Assembly (NCBI GenBank): GCA_946186245.1 | Contig: CAMHMN010000003.1 | Coordinates: 5,733 to 69,732 of the forward strand | Length of the DNA: 64,000 bases | From: an uncultured Clostridia bacterium | GTDB taxonomy: Bacteria > Bacillota > Clostridia > Oscillospirales > Acutalibacteraceae | Direction of reading: 5' to 3' | Shown: one piece after another, positions 18,232 to 28,199 of the stretch | Layout of the letters: each line of letters starts with the position of its first letter | How positions within the stretch are numbered: position 1 is the stretch's first letter | Position numbers and translations under genes: made by a program | Notes under the pieces: model-generated | The model's input: the letters and a program-made list of their open reading frames with translations, nothing else | The model's database searches: none | What the model was told of the DNA's origin: nothing

Positions 18232-19667
18232 CGGTAAGTCCTTCTGGTTGCCTTGCGGCGGGAGACATTCCGCTTGAGACTGTTCATCTTCTGCTTATTG
18301 GAGTAGGAGATAAAGATATAGGCGACGACTCCCAGTATGGCCAGCACAAGAAACACCCTGAAAAACGTCGAAGCAAACAGATTATTGACCCAGTCGAGAA
18401 TGGCAAGCAGCGTGCTGCGTTCCACCGATTCGCTTGCCACCAGGTTGATCCTGCCTATCTCCTCACCGTCGTAGCTCAGCACGGCGGTGCCGAGCTTCTG
18501 CCCCTTGCGTATGGGAGCCACTGCCTCGTCGTCCACAAAGGTGATCTCCTTGGTGACGCTGGTGGACTTGACGCCCTTGGGGAGTATGGTGCTGAAATCG
18601 TCCTGCGGCACAAGCGTAATGCTGTCCTTGTTCCACGCCAGCTTGAGGGGGATCTCGGTAATCGGCACGTTGGTGTTGTAGATATCGGTGATGTACAGGT
18701 TATTGAACGCCCATTCAAACAGATTCCTCGCGTCGATGAAAGCGTAATTCCGGTCCTTTGCCGACGGCGCGTGGTCGTTCAGCAGCACGCAGATGTAGTG
18801 GTAATCCCTGCCGCCTATGTTCTTTTTGGCGTAGGAGGCGTAGCAGTGACCCGACTTGATGAGGTAGCCCGTCTTGACCCCTTCGCAGTACTGATAGAAG
18901 TAATCGGTGCCGTCCGCACCGGTTTCGCCTTCGCGTATGAGCAGGTTGGTGGAAACCACCCAGTGGACGTTGGGATTCTTGTTGGTGGGCTTGATGCCGT
19001 AGGAATGAGGGGTGTAGGCGATCTGGGCAAGCTCCGGAATTTTCATCAGATGATTGGCGATCAGCGCCATGTCGTGCGCCGTGGAATAGTGATTTTCAAA
19101 ATCCGTCGTCAGACCCGAGGCACATTTGAATTTGGTGTTGGTGCAGCCGATCTCCACGGCGCGGTCATTCATGAACTTGATGAATTCCTCGTTGGTATCG
19201 CTGCCGTAGTACTGCTTGCTGATGTAATAGCCGATCGCTTCGGCGGCTCCGTTTTCCGAAGCCACAAGCGCGTCGTAAATCAGATCGCGCAGGGTAAAGC
19301 GTTCATTGACCTTGATGTGCGTCCACACGCCGGTCGCGCCTTCCTTGTTGTAGTTGACGAATCGCACGGCGCGCGAATCGACCACCACCATTTCGTCCAG
19401 GGAATCGGCTCTTTCGTAGGCGATAATGCAGGTCATCATCTTGGTCAGCGACGCGGGAAGCATCTTTTTGTCGGGATCCTTTTCATAAACCACCTTGCCC
19501 GTGTCCATGTTCAACATATATGCCGTCTCGCAGACCGGCTCGTATTCCGAACGGAATGCCGCCTTTACTTCCGCCGGTTTTGCCTGCGGCAGGATAAAAT
19601 AAGAAAAACTCAACAATACGGCAAACACCGCACAAAACAGCCGCTTGATTTCTTTTGATAATTCCAT
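18228..19667 (-). CDS. D-alanyl-D-alanine carboxypeptidase (S11, PBP5/DacB-like)
   Basis: SLTK (SxxK), SEN (SxN) and KTG motifs, an N-terminal signal and a C-terminal TM anchor. Confidence 0.9.
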   Translation of the reverse strand: MELSKEIKRLFCAVFAVLLSFSYFILPQAKPAEVKAAFRSEYEPVCETAYMLNMDTGKVVYEKDPDKKMLPASLTKMMTCIIAYERADSLDEMVVVDSRAVRFVNYNKEGATGVWTHIKVNERFTLRDLIYDALVASENGAAEAIGYYISKQYYGSDTNEEFIKFMNDRAVEIGCTNTKFKCASGLTTDFENHYSTAHDMALIANHLMKIPELAQIAYTPHSYGIKPTNKNPNVHWVVSTNLLIREGETGADGTDYFYQYCEGVKTGYLIKSGHCYASYAKKNIGGRDYHYICVLLNDHAPSAKDRNYAFIDARNLFEWAFNNLYITDIYNTNVPITEIPLKLAWNKDSITLVPQDDFSTILPKGVKSTSVTKEITFVDDEAVAPIRKGQKLGTAVLSYDGEEIGRINLVASESVERSTLLAILDWVNNLFASTFFRVFLVLAILGVVAYIFISYSNKQKMNSLKRNVSRRKATRRTYR

Positions 19668-19846
19668 TATGATCGTACAACTCTCCTTGATTTTTATTTT
19701 ATTGAATATTATAGCATATATGATTCATTTTTAAAATGATATAAAAGTAAATTAACAGTAAATATATAAAATAAGTTGTTTTTGTCAGGATAATGATGTA
19801 TAATATCAGGTATGAGCCTTTGTCACGGACAGGAGCGATACAATAA

Positions 19847-20593
19847 ATGATATATGTTACAGGCGATATGCACGGAGCCGTCTCCCGCTTTGAAGAAAAA
19901 CCCTTCGCCAAGCTGCACAGCGGTGATATTCTGATCATATGCGGGGATTTCGGATTCATCTGGAACGGAGACGGGCAGGAGGAAAAAATCCTCCAGTTCA
20001 TGGGCAGACAGAAGTACAGGATTCTCTTTGTCGACGGCTGCCACGAGAATTTTGACAAATTATACAGCTACCCGGAGGAGCAATGGTGCGGAGGCAAAAT
20101 CCACGCCATTAACGACAATGTCTTTCACCTCTGCCGGGGACAGGTATTTGACATAGAAGGACAGAGCATCTTCACCATGGGAGGCGGATTCAGTCCCGAC
20201 GCCGATATCCGCACAAGCAGAGGCATGCGCTGGTGGGAAGAGGAAATGCCTACCGTGCAGGAAATGGAACAGGCAGCCACCGAGCTTTACCGCCATTCGC
20301 TCAGGGTGGATTACATTATCACTCACGAATGTCCCACCAAGGTCAAAAATCTGCTCTCAGACAGCAAGACCAATTTCAATTCACTCACGGCGTTCTTTGA
20401 CGACCTGTGCGACAGGGTGCAGTATAAGCATTGGTTCTTCGGCTCCATGCACAAGGACAGACACATTTCCTCCAAGCACACGGCCGTTTACCTTGAGGTG
20501 CTGCCGCTTGAGGTGCCTCAGAGCTCCTTCTCGGAGCCGCTCAACCGATATTTCCTCCGCAGGGGAAGAAAAGACGACGAGCAGTACAATTAA
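19847..20593 (+). CDS. Metallophosphoesterase family protein
   Basis: YVTGDMHG, ICGDFGF, DGCHENFD and ITHECP, the calcineurin-like motifs. Confidence 0.8.
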   Translation: MIYVTGDMHGAVSRFEEKPFAKLHSGDILIICGDFGFIWNGDGQEEKILQFMGRQKYRILFVDGCHENFDKLYSYPEEQWCGGKIHAINDNVFHLCRGQVFDIEGQSIFTMGGGFSPDADIRTSRGMRWWEEEMPTVQEMEQAATELYRHSLRVDYIITHECPTKVKNLLSDSKTNFNSLTAFFDDLCDRVQYKHWFFGSMHKDRHISSKHTAVYLEVLPLEVPQSSFSEPLNRYFLRRGRKDDEQYN

Positions 20594-20638
20594 GCGATTG
20601 ATTCAAATCACATACATTTTCTTGAAAGGTGACACCAA

Positions 20639-21181
20639 ATGAAAAACAAAACCAATACCGCACTGATAGCTGTAATCTGTGTCCTGATCGCCATTGTTTT
20701 CTGCGCAGCGGTCTTCTTTTTGGTCAAGGGAAAATCCGGAGACGCCGAAAACGAGGAATCCTTCCAAGGTCCTCTGCCCGATAGCTACGTCGGAAGCTGG
20801 GCGCTGCCCGCCGACAGCCATGTGCTTCAGTCGCCGCGGACCGCTGACATGACCGAGGATGAAGTGCTTGCCGATGAAAACGACTTCGGACTGATGCTTA
20901 CATACGGCATTTACAGCAGCCACCGGATCGGCAGCGTCAACAATCCCACCTACAAACTCGAGAAAAACTGCGGTACCGACGCGATGGACGAACAGGGCAT
21001 GCAGAGCAGCGGTATTATGGATGAATTCAACAGCAACGCTTCCATCAGCAAAATCGAGGTCTACAACGAGGACGGCAGCCAGCTCTGCGACACCGTCTTT
21101 ATCATCGACGACCAATACCTCGTCTATTACGGAACGGGCAATTACGTATTCTGCGCGGTCAAACTCGATGCGGTAGGCTGA
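20639..21181 (+). CDS. Hypothetical membrane-anchored protein
   Basis: AAAGGTGA RBS and a single N-terminal TM (ALIAVICVLIAIVFCAAVFFLV). No recognisable domain. Confidence 0.55.
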   Translation: MKNKTNTALIAVICVLIAIVFCAAVFFLVKGKSGDAENEESFQGPLPDSYVGSWALPADSHVLQSPRTADMTEDEVLADENDFGLMLTYGIYSSHRIGSVNNPTYKLEKNCGTDAMDEQGMQSSGIMDEFNSNASISKIEVYNEDGSQLCDTVFIIDDQYLVYYGTGNYVFCAVKLDAVG

Positions 21182-21255
21182 AGCGCTCGCTAAATGAAGA
21201 ATGGATGAGCGCCTGCGGCGCTGGAATTAATAAAAACATTTGAGGAGAAGACATT

Positions 21256-22287
21256 ATGGCTGTAAAAGACATCATACTGGGGCTGTCCAACGCAAACGGC
21301 CCTTCCGGCGCGGAAGGATCCGCCGCCCGGCTCGCAATGGAGCTGCTATCGGATTATACACCTGTGGTGCGCGATTCGCTGGGCAATGTAATGGCCGAGC
21401 TGGGCGATCCCAACTCCCCCAACCACATTCTCATTGACGCACACATCGACGAGATCGGTCTGGTCGTCACGGACATAGACAACGACGGCTTTGTGCATTT
21501 CGCACGCTGCGGAGGCGCGGACCGCCGCGTCATGATGGGCAGCGAGGTCTGCGTCATGAGCAAAAGCAAGATAAACGGCGTGATCTGCTGCCGTCCTCCC
21601 CACCTCACACGCGGCGAGGACGTTTCAAAGGTGCCGGATTTCAAGGACATGGCGGTGGACATCGGCTATTCCGCCGACAAGGCACGCGAACTGGTCCCCA
21701 TCGGCACCCGCATCGCCTTCAGGAGCAGACCGGCTTCCCTGCTGGGAAGCAGAATTTCCGGCAAGGCAATGGACAACCGCGCCGGAGCCGCCGTGATCAT
21801 CCGCACGGTGGAACTTCTGGAGCCGAAATGCGCCCGACTGGACTGCCATGTGACGGCGCTGCTTTCCACCCGGGAAGAGGTGGGACATCTCGCCGCCGGA
21901 TGCGCTGCCTTCACGGTGGCCCCCACGCAGGCCGTCGTGGTGGATACCGGATTCGGTCAATACCCCGGCTGTCCCGAGGAAGTCTGCGGCAAGCTGGGCG
22001 AAGGCCCCATGATCGGCTTCTCGCCGGTACTCAGCCGTGCCATCTCCAAAAAGCTGGTTTCCGTTGCCGATGAACAGGGCATTCATTGGCAGTATGACGT
22101 CTGCGGAGGCAGAACCGGCACCAACGCCGACGACATTGCCGTCACCGCCGGAGGAATTCCCTGCGGGCTGCTGTCGGTTGCCATCCGGAATATGCACACG
22201 CCCGTCGAAACGGTGGACTGGGACGATGTGGAAAAGACCGCACAGCTGCTTGCCGCCTACATAAGAAGCGGCGGCGTGGAGCAATAA
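21256..22287 (+). CDS. M42 family metallopeptidase
   Basis: AHIDEIGLVVT, GKAMDNRAG and EEVG motifs. Paralog of the next gene. Confidence 0.85.
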   Translation: MAVKDIILGLSNANGPSGAEGSAARLAMELLSDYTPVVRDSLGNVMAELGDPNSPNHILIDAHIDEIGLVVTDIDNDGFVHFARCGGADRRVMMGSEVCVMSKSKINGVICCRPPHLTRGEDVSKVPDFKDMAVDIGYSADKARELVPIGTRIAFRSRPASLLGSRISGKAMDNRAGAAVIIRTVELLEPKCARLDCHVTALLSTREEVGHLAAGCAAFTVAPTQAVVVDTGFGQYPGCPEEVCGKLGEGPMIGFSPVLSRAISKKLVSVADEQGIHWQYDVCGGRTGTNADDIAVTAGGIPCGLLSVAIRNMHTPVETVDWDDVEKTAQLLAAYIRSGGVEQ

Positions 22288-22313
22288 GGAAAAAAGGAGA
22301 ACTGAGAAAGAAT

Positions 22314-23342
22314 ATGCTGCGTGACACACTTGCAAGACTCTCGGAGCTTCACGGCGTTTCCGGCGTGGAGGACGAGGTCAGAGAATATATCATCAAGGAA
22401 ATCAAGCCCTATTGCGACGAGGTAAGCGTAAACAGCACCGGCTCGGTCATCGCCTTCAAAAAGGGCAGAAACACCCCCGAAAACAAGCTCATGCTCTGCG
22501 CCCATATGGACGAGGTGGGTCTGATCATCACCGACGTGGAGCAGAACGGACTGCTGAAATTCGCCACTGTGGGCGGCATCGACGCCCGCGTGCTCTGCGG
22601 CACTCCCGTCCTTGTCAGCGAGGATAAGCTGCCCGGCGTGATCGGCGCCAAACCCATTCACCTGCTGGAGGAGGACGAAAAATCCAAGGCTCCCGGAGTG
22701 AAGGAAATGCATATCGACATCGGCGCGCTCACCAAAGAGGAAGCGCTTCAATGCGTCCTGCCGGGAGATTACGCGGTATTCGACACCCGTTTCGGCGAAT
22801 TCGGCGACGGTCTGCTCAAGGGCAAGGCGCTCGACGACCGCGCGGGCTGCGCCGTTCTGATGGAAATCATCAAGCGCGATCTCGACTGCGACCTTTATTT
22901 CGTATTTTCCACCATGGAAGAAGTCGGGCTCAGAGGGGCGAAATGCGCCGCATTCAGCCTTGCCCCCGACATGGCGATCGTAGTGGAATCCACCACCGCC
23001 GCCGACATTCCCGGCGTGGATGAATGCAGCAAGGTCTGCAGAGTCGGCGAAGGCGCGGTCATTTCCTTCATGGACAGAACCACCATTTACGACAGAGGAC
23101 TTTTAAAGCTGGTACAGAGAACCGCCAACGAACGCGGCATCAAGTGGCAGTTCAAGAAGGGCGTGACCGGCGGCAATGATTCCGGCAGCATTCACAACAG
23201 CCGGGGAGGCGTGAGAACGGCGGCCATTTCCCTGCCCTGCCGGTATCTGCATTCCCCCTGCGCCGTGATTGCGGAAAGCGACCTCAACGCGGTCTGCGAA
23301 CTGGCCTGCGCCCTTGCCGAAAAAGCCGCTGTCAGCAAATGA
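22314..23342 (+). CDS. M42 family metallopeptidase (glutamyl aminopeptidase / FrvX-like)
   Basis: HMDEVGLIIT, GKALDDRAG, MEEVGLRGA and CRYLHSP. Confidence 0.9.
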   Translation: MLRDTLARLSELHGVSGVEDEVREYIIKEIKPYCDEVSVNSTGSVIAFKKGRNTPENKLMLCAHMDEVGLIITDVEQNGLLKFATVGGIDARVLCGTPVLVSEDKLPGVIGAKPIHLLEEDEKSKAPGVKEMHIDIGALTKEEALQCVLPGDYAVFDTRFGEFGDGLLKGKALDDRAGCAVLMEIIKRDLDCDLYFVFSTMEEVGLRGAKCAAFSLAPDMAIVVESTTAADIPGVDECSKVCRVGEGAVISFMDRTTIYDRGLLKLVQRTANERGIKWQFKKGVTGGNDSGSIHNSRGGVRTAAISLPCRYLHSPCAVIAESDLNAVCELACALAEKAAVSK

Positions 23343-24130
23343 TTGCCCGCTGTCAGATGAACCGTTCCGCCCCTGAAAGAAACATCCGTCTGCTGCTCTT
23401 TGACCTGGACGGCACGCTGCTCGACAGCGGAAAGCGCATTTCGCAGCGGAATCTTGCCGCAATTGCCGAATGCCGCCGCAAGGGAATCATGATCGGCGTT
23501 GCCACCGCACGCAGTGAATCCACCTGCGCGCGATTCGTCCGGGAAATAGAACCCGACCTGCTCATTTCCAACAGCGGCGCCCTTGTGCGGCTCCTCGGCA
23601 AGATCATTTATGAGTGCGGATTCAACGCCGCCGAGACTTCCGCCATCATAAACGCCGGCGTTGCCGAACATCGCGGCATTACGGCGGACTGCGCCGACGT
23701 CACTTATACCAACCGCTACATCGAGTTCTTTCACGAGTCGGGAATGGAATACACCGATTTCTCCGGTTTTTCCCGCAGCTGCTTCAAAATCTGCATTGAG
23801 GGAACGGATGCGGAATTCGCCGATCGCACCGCCGCGCTGGTGGAAGACTGCTCGTGGCTTGCCTTCTCCGACTGCGACTGGTTCAAATTCTCCAAAGGCG
23901 GCGTTTCCAAAGGGGACGCCCTGCGCCATGTGGTGAGCAGCACGGGCATTCCGGCGGAAAATATGGCGGCTTTCGGCGACGATTTCGTCGATATCGAAAT
24001 GCTCGACCTCTGCGGCGTCGGCATTGTCATGTCCAATGCCGTGGATGAGGTGAAAAAGCACGCGGATGTTGTCATTGACGACAACGACAGCGACGCTATC
24101 GCGGAGTATTTGCATCTTCACGTTCTGTAA
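23339..24130 (+). CDS. Cof-type HAD-IIB hydrolase
   Basis: LLLFDLDGTLLDS, VATARS and FGDDFVDIEMLDLCGVGIVMSNA. The start overlaps the upstream stop as ATGA. Confidence 0.85.
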   Translation: MIARCQMNRSAPERNIRLLLFDLDGTLLDSGKRISQRNLAAIAECRRKGIMIGVATARSESTCARFVREIEPDLLISNSGALVRLLGKIIYECGFNAAETSAIINAGVAEHRGITADCADVTYTNRYIEFFHESGMEYTDFSGFSRSCFKICIEGTDAEFADRTAALVEDCSWLAFSDCDWFKFSKGGVSKGDALRHVVSSTGIPAENMAAFGDDFVDIEMLDLCGVGIVMSNAVDEVKKHADVVIDDNDSDAIAEYLHLHVL

Positions 24131-24241
24131 ATTTTAGATAATCATATACCGATTGTATTATACAGACTGGTATATTCATCCACGATTCAACACATCGGAA
24201 ATTATTCCGTCACAAACAATCAATAGAAAGTAGGCGCTTCT

Positions 24242-24979
24242 ATGATAAAAATGATAGACCAGAGCAGCTTTGAGGCTGCCAGGGAATACTGCCTCGGCGA
24301 TCCCTTCGGCTGCCGCATTCTGGCGGCTATGCTGGCATACGGCACGGACAAGCCCTTTGCGCTCTTCTGGGCACAGTATGAGGGCGACAGTGAAGAGGGC
24401 GCCATAACGGCCGTCATTTCACGGTTGGATACCGCCATGACGGTCTGCGCCAAGGGCAGCTACGATGAGGAGGAGCTTGACTGCTTCATTCAGGCCAATA
24501 TGGGCTACACCGGCGCGCTTCGTCCGGCGCGTGAAGGCGAAACCGCCAACGGCCTTGTGATGCGGCTCGCCAGGAGAAAGAATGTCGTATCCGCCACCGA
24601 CGCGGAAATCAACCCCGAAATCTCCGACGTTTACGCCGTCATGGAGGAATGTGCCGGCACAGGCTTTGAAGTGCCGCGGTTCGACGATTTCTACAGCGAC
24701 ATGATCTACCGCAAGAAGGCGAAAACCGTCCTTTCGGCCATCGTCCGCGCCGACGGAATGCCGGCTGCCTGCGGAGCCGTTCACCTCTCCCCCGGCACCG
24801 CGCTGCTGACGATCTGCGCCTGCGTTCCCGAACTTCGCGGCAAGGGCTACGCCGGCAAGGTGGTCAACGCCCTGCTGGAACGCTGCGCCGACCGCGACGT
24901 TTATCTGATGTGCATGCCTTCCCTGCACGATTTCTACGCCAAGTACGGATTTTTGACGGTTGGCGGATTCATTTATTGA
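24242..24979 (+). CDS. GNAT family N-acetyltransferase (tentative)
   Basis: The C-terminal acetyl-CoA motif-like LRGKGYAGKVVNALL and the ...YAKYGF ending are typical of GNATs. Confidence 0.6.
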   Translation: MIKMIDQSSFEAAREYCLGDPFGCRILAAMLAYGTDKPFALFWAQYEGDSEEGAITAVISRLDTAMTVCAKGSYDEEELDCFIQANMGYTGALRPAREGETANGLVMRLARRKNVVSATDAEINPEISDVYAVMEECAGTGFEVPRFDDFYSDMIYRKKAKTVLSAIVRADGMPAACGAVHLSPGTALLTICACVPELRGKGYAGKVVNALLERCADRDVYLMCMPSLHDFYAKYGFLTVGGFIY

Positions 24980-24995
24980 ATGGCTGAATCAAATA

Positions 24996-25050
24996 GAAAA
25001 ACAACCTGCCGCCTGATCGACCGATCAAAAACGGCAGGTATTTTCTTTTA
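24996..25050. terminator. Bidirectional terminator
   Basis: ACCTGCCG (25004-25011) pairs with CGGCAGGT (25032-25039). An A-run lies to the left and ATTTTCTTTT to the right, between convergent genes. Confidence 0.7.
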
Positions 25051-25069
25051 GCGGATCAATGACCGATCA

Positions 25070-25984
25070 CTAGAATTTCACTGAATTGATAAATGTCTCA
25101 AACGCCTTTTTGGATTCTTCCGAGCGGCTCACGAACCATCCGTTGCTGATGCCTTTGTTCTGGATCACATAGACGTTGTCGCCTTGCTGCACATAATAAT
25201 TATAGTAATCGTAAGTGTCGGTTTCTTTATCGCTCTTTTCCACGGAGTACGTTACCCCGCCGATCTTTAATTCTTCATATTCCTTGTCTTCCTTGAGGAT
25301 ATCCGCCAGCTTGGCGTCCTTGTATTCCTCGATGCCAAAACGGTAATCTATTGTTTCGGAGTCTTGGGAGTACTTCCAGATGAATTTCTTGCTCACCACG
25401 GTGCCATCCGGCTTTTCCTCCATATCGGTGCTTTCGGAGTACACAGGAATATCCGTTTCGGTGGAGTATTTGATTTTGTCGAGCTTGATATCATTGAGTG
25501 CAGTTTCTTTTTTGTCAGAAAATGTAACCTGCTGAAGCATCTTGTCCAATTCATCGTCGATGGTTTCTGTATCGGCGGATTTGTACTGCACGCCGTAAAC
25601 ATTCTCTCCGTCCTGATAAAAAGCCATACGGGTTTTTTTGCCGGATGAATACAGGATCAGTTCCTTGCCGTTGTATTCCTTTCTTTCTACCTTTGTTTCG
25701 CCGAGCTCGTCCTCCAGTTTATGCCCTTCGGCGTCGGTAACGGCATATGCAATCGTGCGTTCATCCGATAACTTGTACAAAATCGTCTTGCTGACGAGCT
25801 TGCCGTCGGCTGTTTTTTCTACTGATCTTTGCACCGTCTCAAACTCTTTGGGAGGAGTAAAGCTCATCCCCAGAACGGATGTGTCATCCACAACCCTGTT
25901 CTTGCCGTCTTCTCCGCAACCCACCAAAGCGATTGTCATAAAAGCTGCCAGTAAAACGGAAACGATCTTTTTAGCTGATTTCAT
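25070..25984 (-). CDS. Hypothetical lipoprotein
   Basis: MKSAKKIVSVLLAAFMTIALVGCGED lipobox, AAAGGGG RBS, Lys/Glu/Asp-rich mature part. Confidence 0.65.
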   Translation of the reverse strand: MKSAKKIVSVLLAAFMTIALVGCGEDGKNRVVDDTSVLGMSFTPPKEFETVQRSVEKTADGKLVSKTILYKLSDERTIAYAVTDAEGHKLEDELGETKVERKEYNGKELILYSSGKKTRMAFYQDGENVYGVQYKSADTETIDDELDKMLQQVTFSDKKETALNDIKLDKIKYSTETDIPVYSESTDMEEKPDGTVVSKKFIWKYSQDSETIDYRFGIEEYKDAKLADILKEDKEYEELKIGGVTYSVEKSDKETDTYDYYNYYVQQGDNVYVIQNKGISNGWFVSRSEESKKAFETFINSVKF

Positions 25985-26112
25985 AACGAAACAACCCCTT
26001 TTTCCGGATAGTGAATATAATTTGAAAATTGTAAAGCAACAACGCTACTTCAAATGTATTATATTCAATTCTGCACGGGTTGTCAATAGCAACCGATAAA
26101 CAGAGGGCAATA

Positions 26113-26149
26113 AACAAAAAAGCCAACCGTCCTATTGGACTGGTTGGCT
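26113..26149 (-). terminator. Rho-independent terminator directly after the 5S rRNA gene
   Basis: On the minus strand AGCCAACC pairs with GGTTGGCT, followed by TTTTTT, starting 4 nt after the 5S 3-prime end. Confidence 0.85.
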
Positions 26150-26152
26150 GAT

Positions 26153-26268
<116 letters not shown>

Positions 26269-26307
26269 TCTTTTTTGTCATCGCCTGTTCTCCGTGGCGA
26301 CTTCAAT

Positions 26308-26336
26308 ATGTTACCACATCGATTCTGATTTGTCAA
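26308..26336 (-). promoter_or_regulatory. Candidate promoter for the orphan 5S gene
   Basis: On the minus strand TTGACA (26336-26331), 17-nt spacer, TGgTAACAT extended -10 (TAACAT 26313-26308), about 40 nt upstream of the mature 5-prime end. Confidence 0.5.
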
Positions 26337-26575
26337 GTGTTTTTTTTATTTTTTTTAAAATTTTTTCCGGCTTTGTTTTCTTCCCTCCGAGAGAGGAAAT
26401 AACGCCGCCAAATATTGACATTTTTTTAACAATCGTTCTTCGTTTTTTGTTCCAAATCAATCATAATAGTTACAAACGCCCATGTGCTATTGACATAAAA
26501 CGAAATAAATATATAATGAATGTATAAAAGTTATTTCAAATTTTTTACGTTGCATCTATAGGGCAGGAGGTTATT

Positions 26576-27718
26576 GTGATTATGAAGAAAAAGAATCTCA
26601 CAAAGCTGTTTACCATTCTGGCATCCGGCGCGCTGATTGTCAGCACGGTTCTGGTTTCCTCTTTCAGCGGATCGGATGCCGAAACACGGACGGTCAGGGA
26701 AGAAACCGTCGCCAAAAGCGGATCCTTCGAGTATTCCAGGGAAATCTCGGTCAGGAATCTGAACCTCGGCAGATTATTCGGCAACAACGAACAGGATAAA
26801 GACAACGACCAACCGGGCGAGGCACCCGCTCTCACTCCCGAAACCACCACCACTGCAACCGTCCTCACAACCAAGCAGGCCACTTCCACCACCGCCTCCA
26901 AAACGACGACCGTCAGGAAAACCACCACGACGACCGCAAAAATTCCCACCGATGAGTCCAAGAATATACAGTATATAAAGGATCCCGACTACAAATCCCC
27001 GTATTACATCGTTGTTTACACCGGCAGCCAGTCCGCCGTCGTTTACGGCAAGGATGAATCCGGCGCTTACAACAGAATCATCAAGGCATTCACCGTTTCC
27101 ACCGGCAGACATAATGCCACCCCCACCCGCAAGGGCGTTTACAAGATCAGGGCAAAGTACAGATGGCGCAAGCTCATGGGCGACTGCTACGGTCAGTATT
27201 GCAGCAGCATCAGCCCCAATTACCTCTTCCACTCTGTGCCGTATGCCAACCGCAGCGTCAATTCCCTCTACAACAATTCCTACAACAACCTCGGCAGAGC
27301 GGTGTCTCACGGCTGCATCCGCATGTGTGTCAGGGACTGCAAATGGGTGTTTGACAACTGCCCGATAGGCACCCAGGTGCATGTCGTCTGGGAATCCGGA
27401 CCCAAGGGCGCAGGCGTTCCGAGACGCAAGAGCGGTTCCAGATACAGCGGATGGGATCCTTCCGATCAATGGGCACCCGGCAACCCCTACTTCAACGGCG
27501 TTTCCACCACCGAATCCAAGCCCGTTACCACGGTAAAGACCACCACCACCGCAAAACAGACTTCCAAACTCACCTCGGGCACTTCGTCCACCGCATCCTC
27601 CGCTTCCCCGACAAAGTCTTCTCAGACTACGACCGAAAAAACACACGCATCCTCCACCACTACCAAAAAAACCACCACCGCTCCTTCCGAAGTCAGCAGT
27701 GAAGAAGCCGTAGGATAA
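26576..27718 (+). CDS. L,D-transpeptidase (YkuD domain) with Thr-rich linkers
   Basis: AGGAGG RBS with GTG 26576 or ATG 26582 as start. Signal/TM segment, YkuD motifs HSVPY...SHGCIRM, and Thr/Ser-rich segments on both sides. Confidence 0.88.
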   Translation: MIMKKKNLTKLFTILASGALIVSTVLVSSFSGSDAETRTVREETVAKSGSFEYSREISVRNLNLGRLFGNNEQDKDNDQPGEAPALTPETTTTATVLTTKQATSTTASKTTTVRKTTTTTAKIPTDESKNIQYIKDPDYKSPYYIVVYTGSQSAVVYGKDESGAYNRIIKAFTVSTGRHNATPTRKGVYKIRAKYRWRKLMGDCYGQYCSSISPNYLFHSVPYANRSVNSLYNNSYNNLGRAVSHGCIRMCVRDCKWVFDNCPIGTQVHVVWESGPKGAGVPRRKSGSRYSGWDPSDQWAPGNPYFNGVSTTESKPVTTVKTTTTAKQTSKLTSGTSSTASSASPTKSSQTTTEKTHASSTTTKKTTTAPSEVSSEEAVG

Positions 27719-27768
27719 TTCTCAGCCGTATGAAGGATCTGTTCAGCTGAATTTGCACACATACTGTT

Positions 27769-27822
27769 CACCGTTATTTCTGCCATCACGACGGACGCCG
27801 CAGAAATAACGGTGATTTTTTA
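27769..27822 (+). terminator. Strong rho-independent terminator
   Basis: CACCGTTATTTCTGC (27769-27783) pairs perfectly (15 bp) with GCAGAAATAACGGTG (27800-27814), followed by TTTTTT. Confidence 0.9.
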
Positions 27823-27853
27823 TCTGAAATGTGTGGAATTATCGGGAACGATG

Positions 27854-28166
27854 TGCTATAATTATAATGAAGTGATATTTTCATTTTTCAGACGATTGTA
27901 AAAGTAAAAAAAGCAAGCGAAGCGTCATAATTAGCGAGCGAATGCGAGCGCGGGTTTCCAAAGGGATAGTGTCTCTTTGGCGGGTCAAGGGCAGAGCCCC
28001 ACGAGCGAGACGAAGTCGAGCGAGCAAGATGCACTTAAATAATCAGCAAACTCAGGCGAATACAGAAGCTGTCCCATTCTACGATTCGTCTTGCCCCTAA
28101 TGGAGAAAAAACCCGTTTTATAAGTCGCACCAACCCGCTGATTTCAGGCATTTTACAATCGGCTAT
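27854..28166 (+). repeat. Leader/MITE-like repeat element, copy A (promoter + GC-rich hairpin module bounded by inverted termini)
   Basis: Blocks in order: TGcTATAAT (27854-27862), GATATTTTCA (27874-27883) and left terminus CGATTGTAAAA (27893-27903). Then AAAAAAAGCAAGCG, GCGGGTTTCCAAAGGGA (27950-27966, hairpin with TCTCTTTGG) and GGGTCAAGGGCAG (27982-27994). Then GAGCGAGCAAGA (28018-28029) and GGCGAATACAGA (28055-28066). The right terminus TTTTACAATCG (28151-28161) is the perfect 11-bp inverse of the left terminus. The element ends 39 nt before ATG 28200. Confidence 0.75.
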
Positions 28167-28199
28167 TCTTTTTTTGGAAGGAGAATCGGTGAAGAAGGC

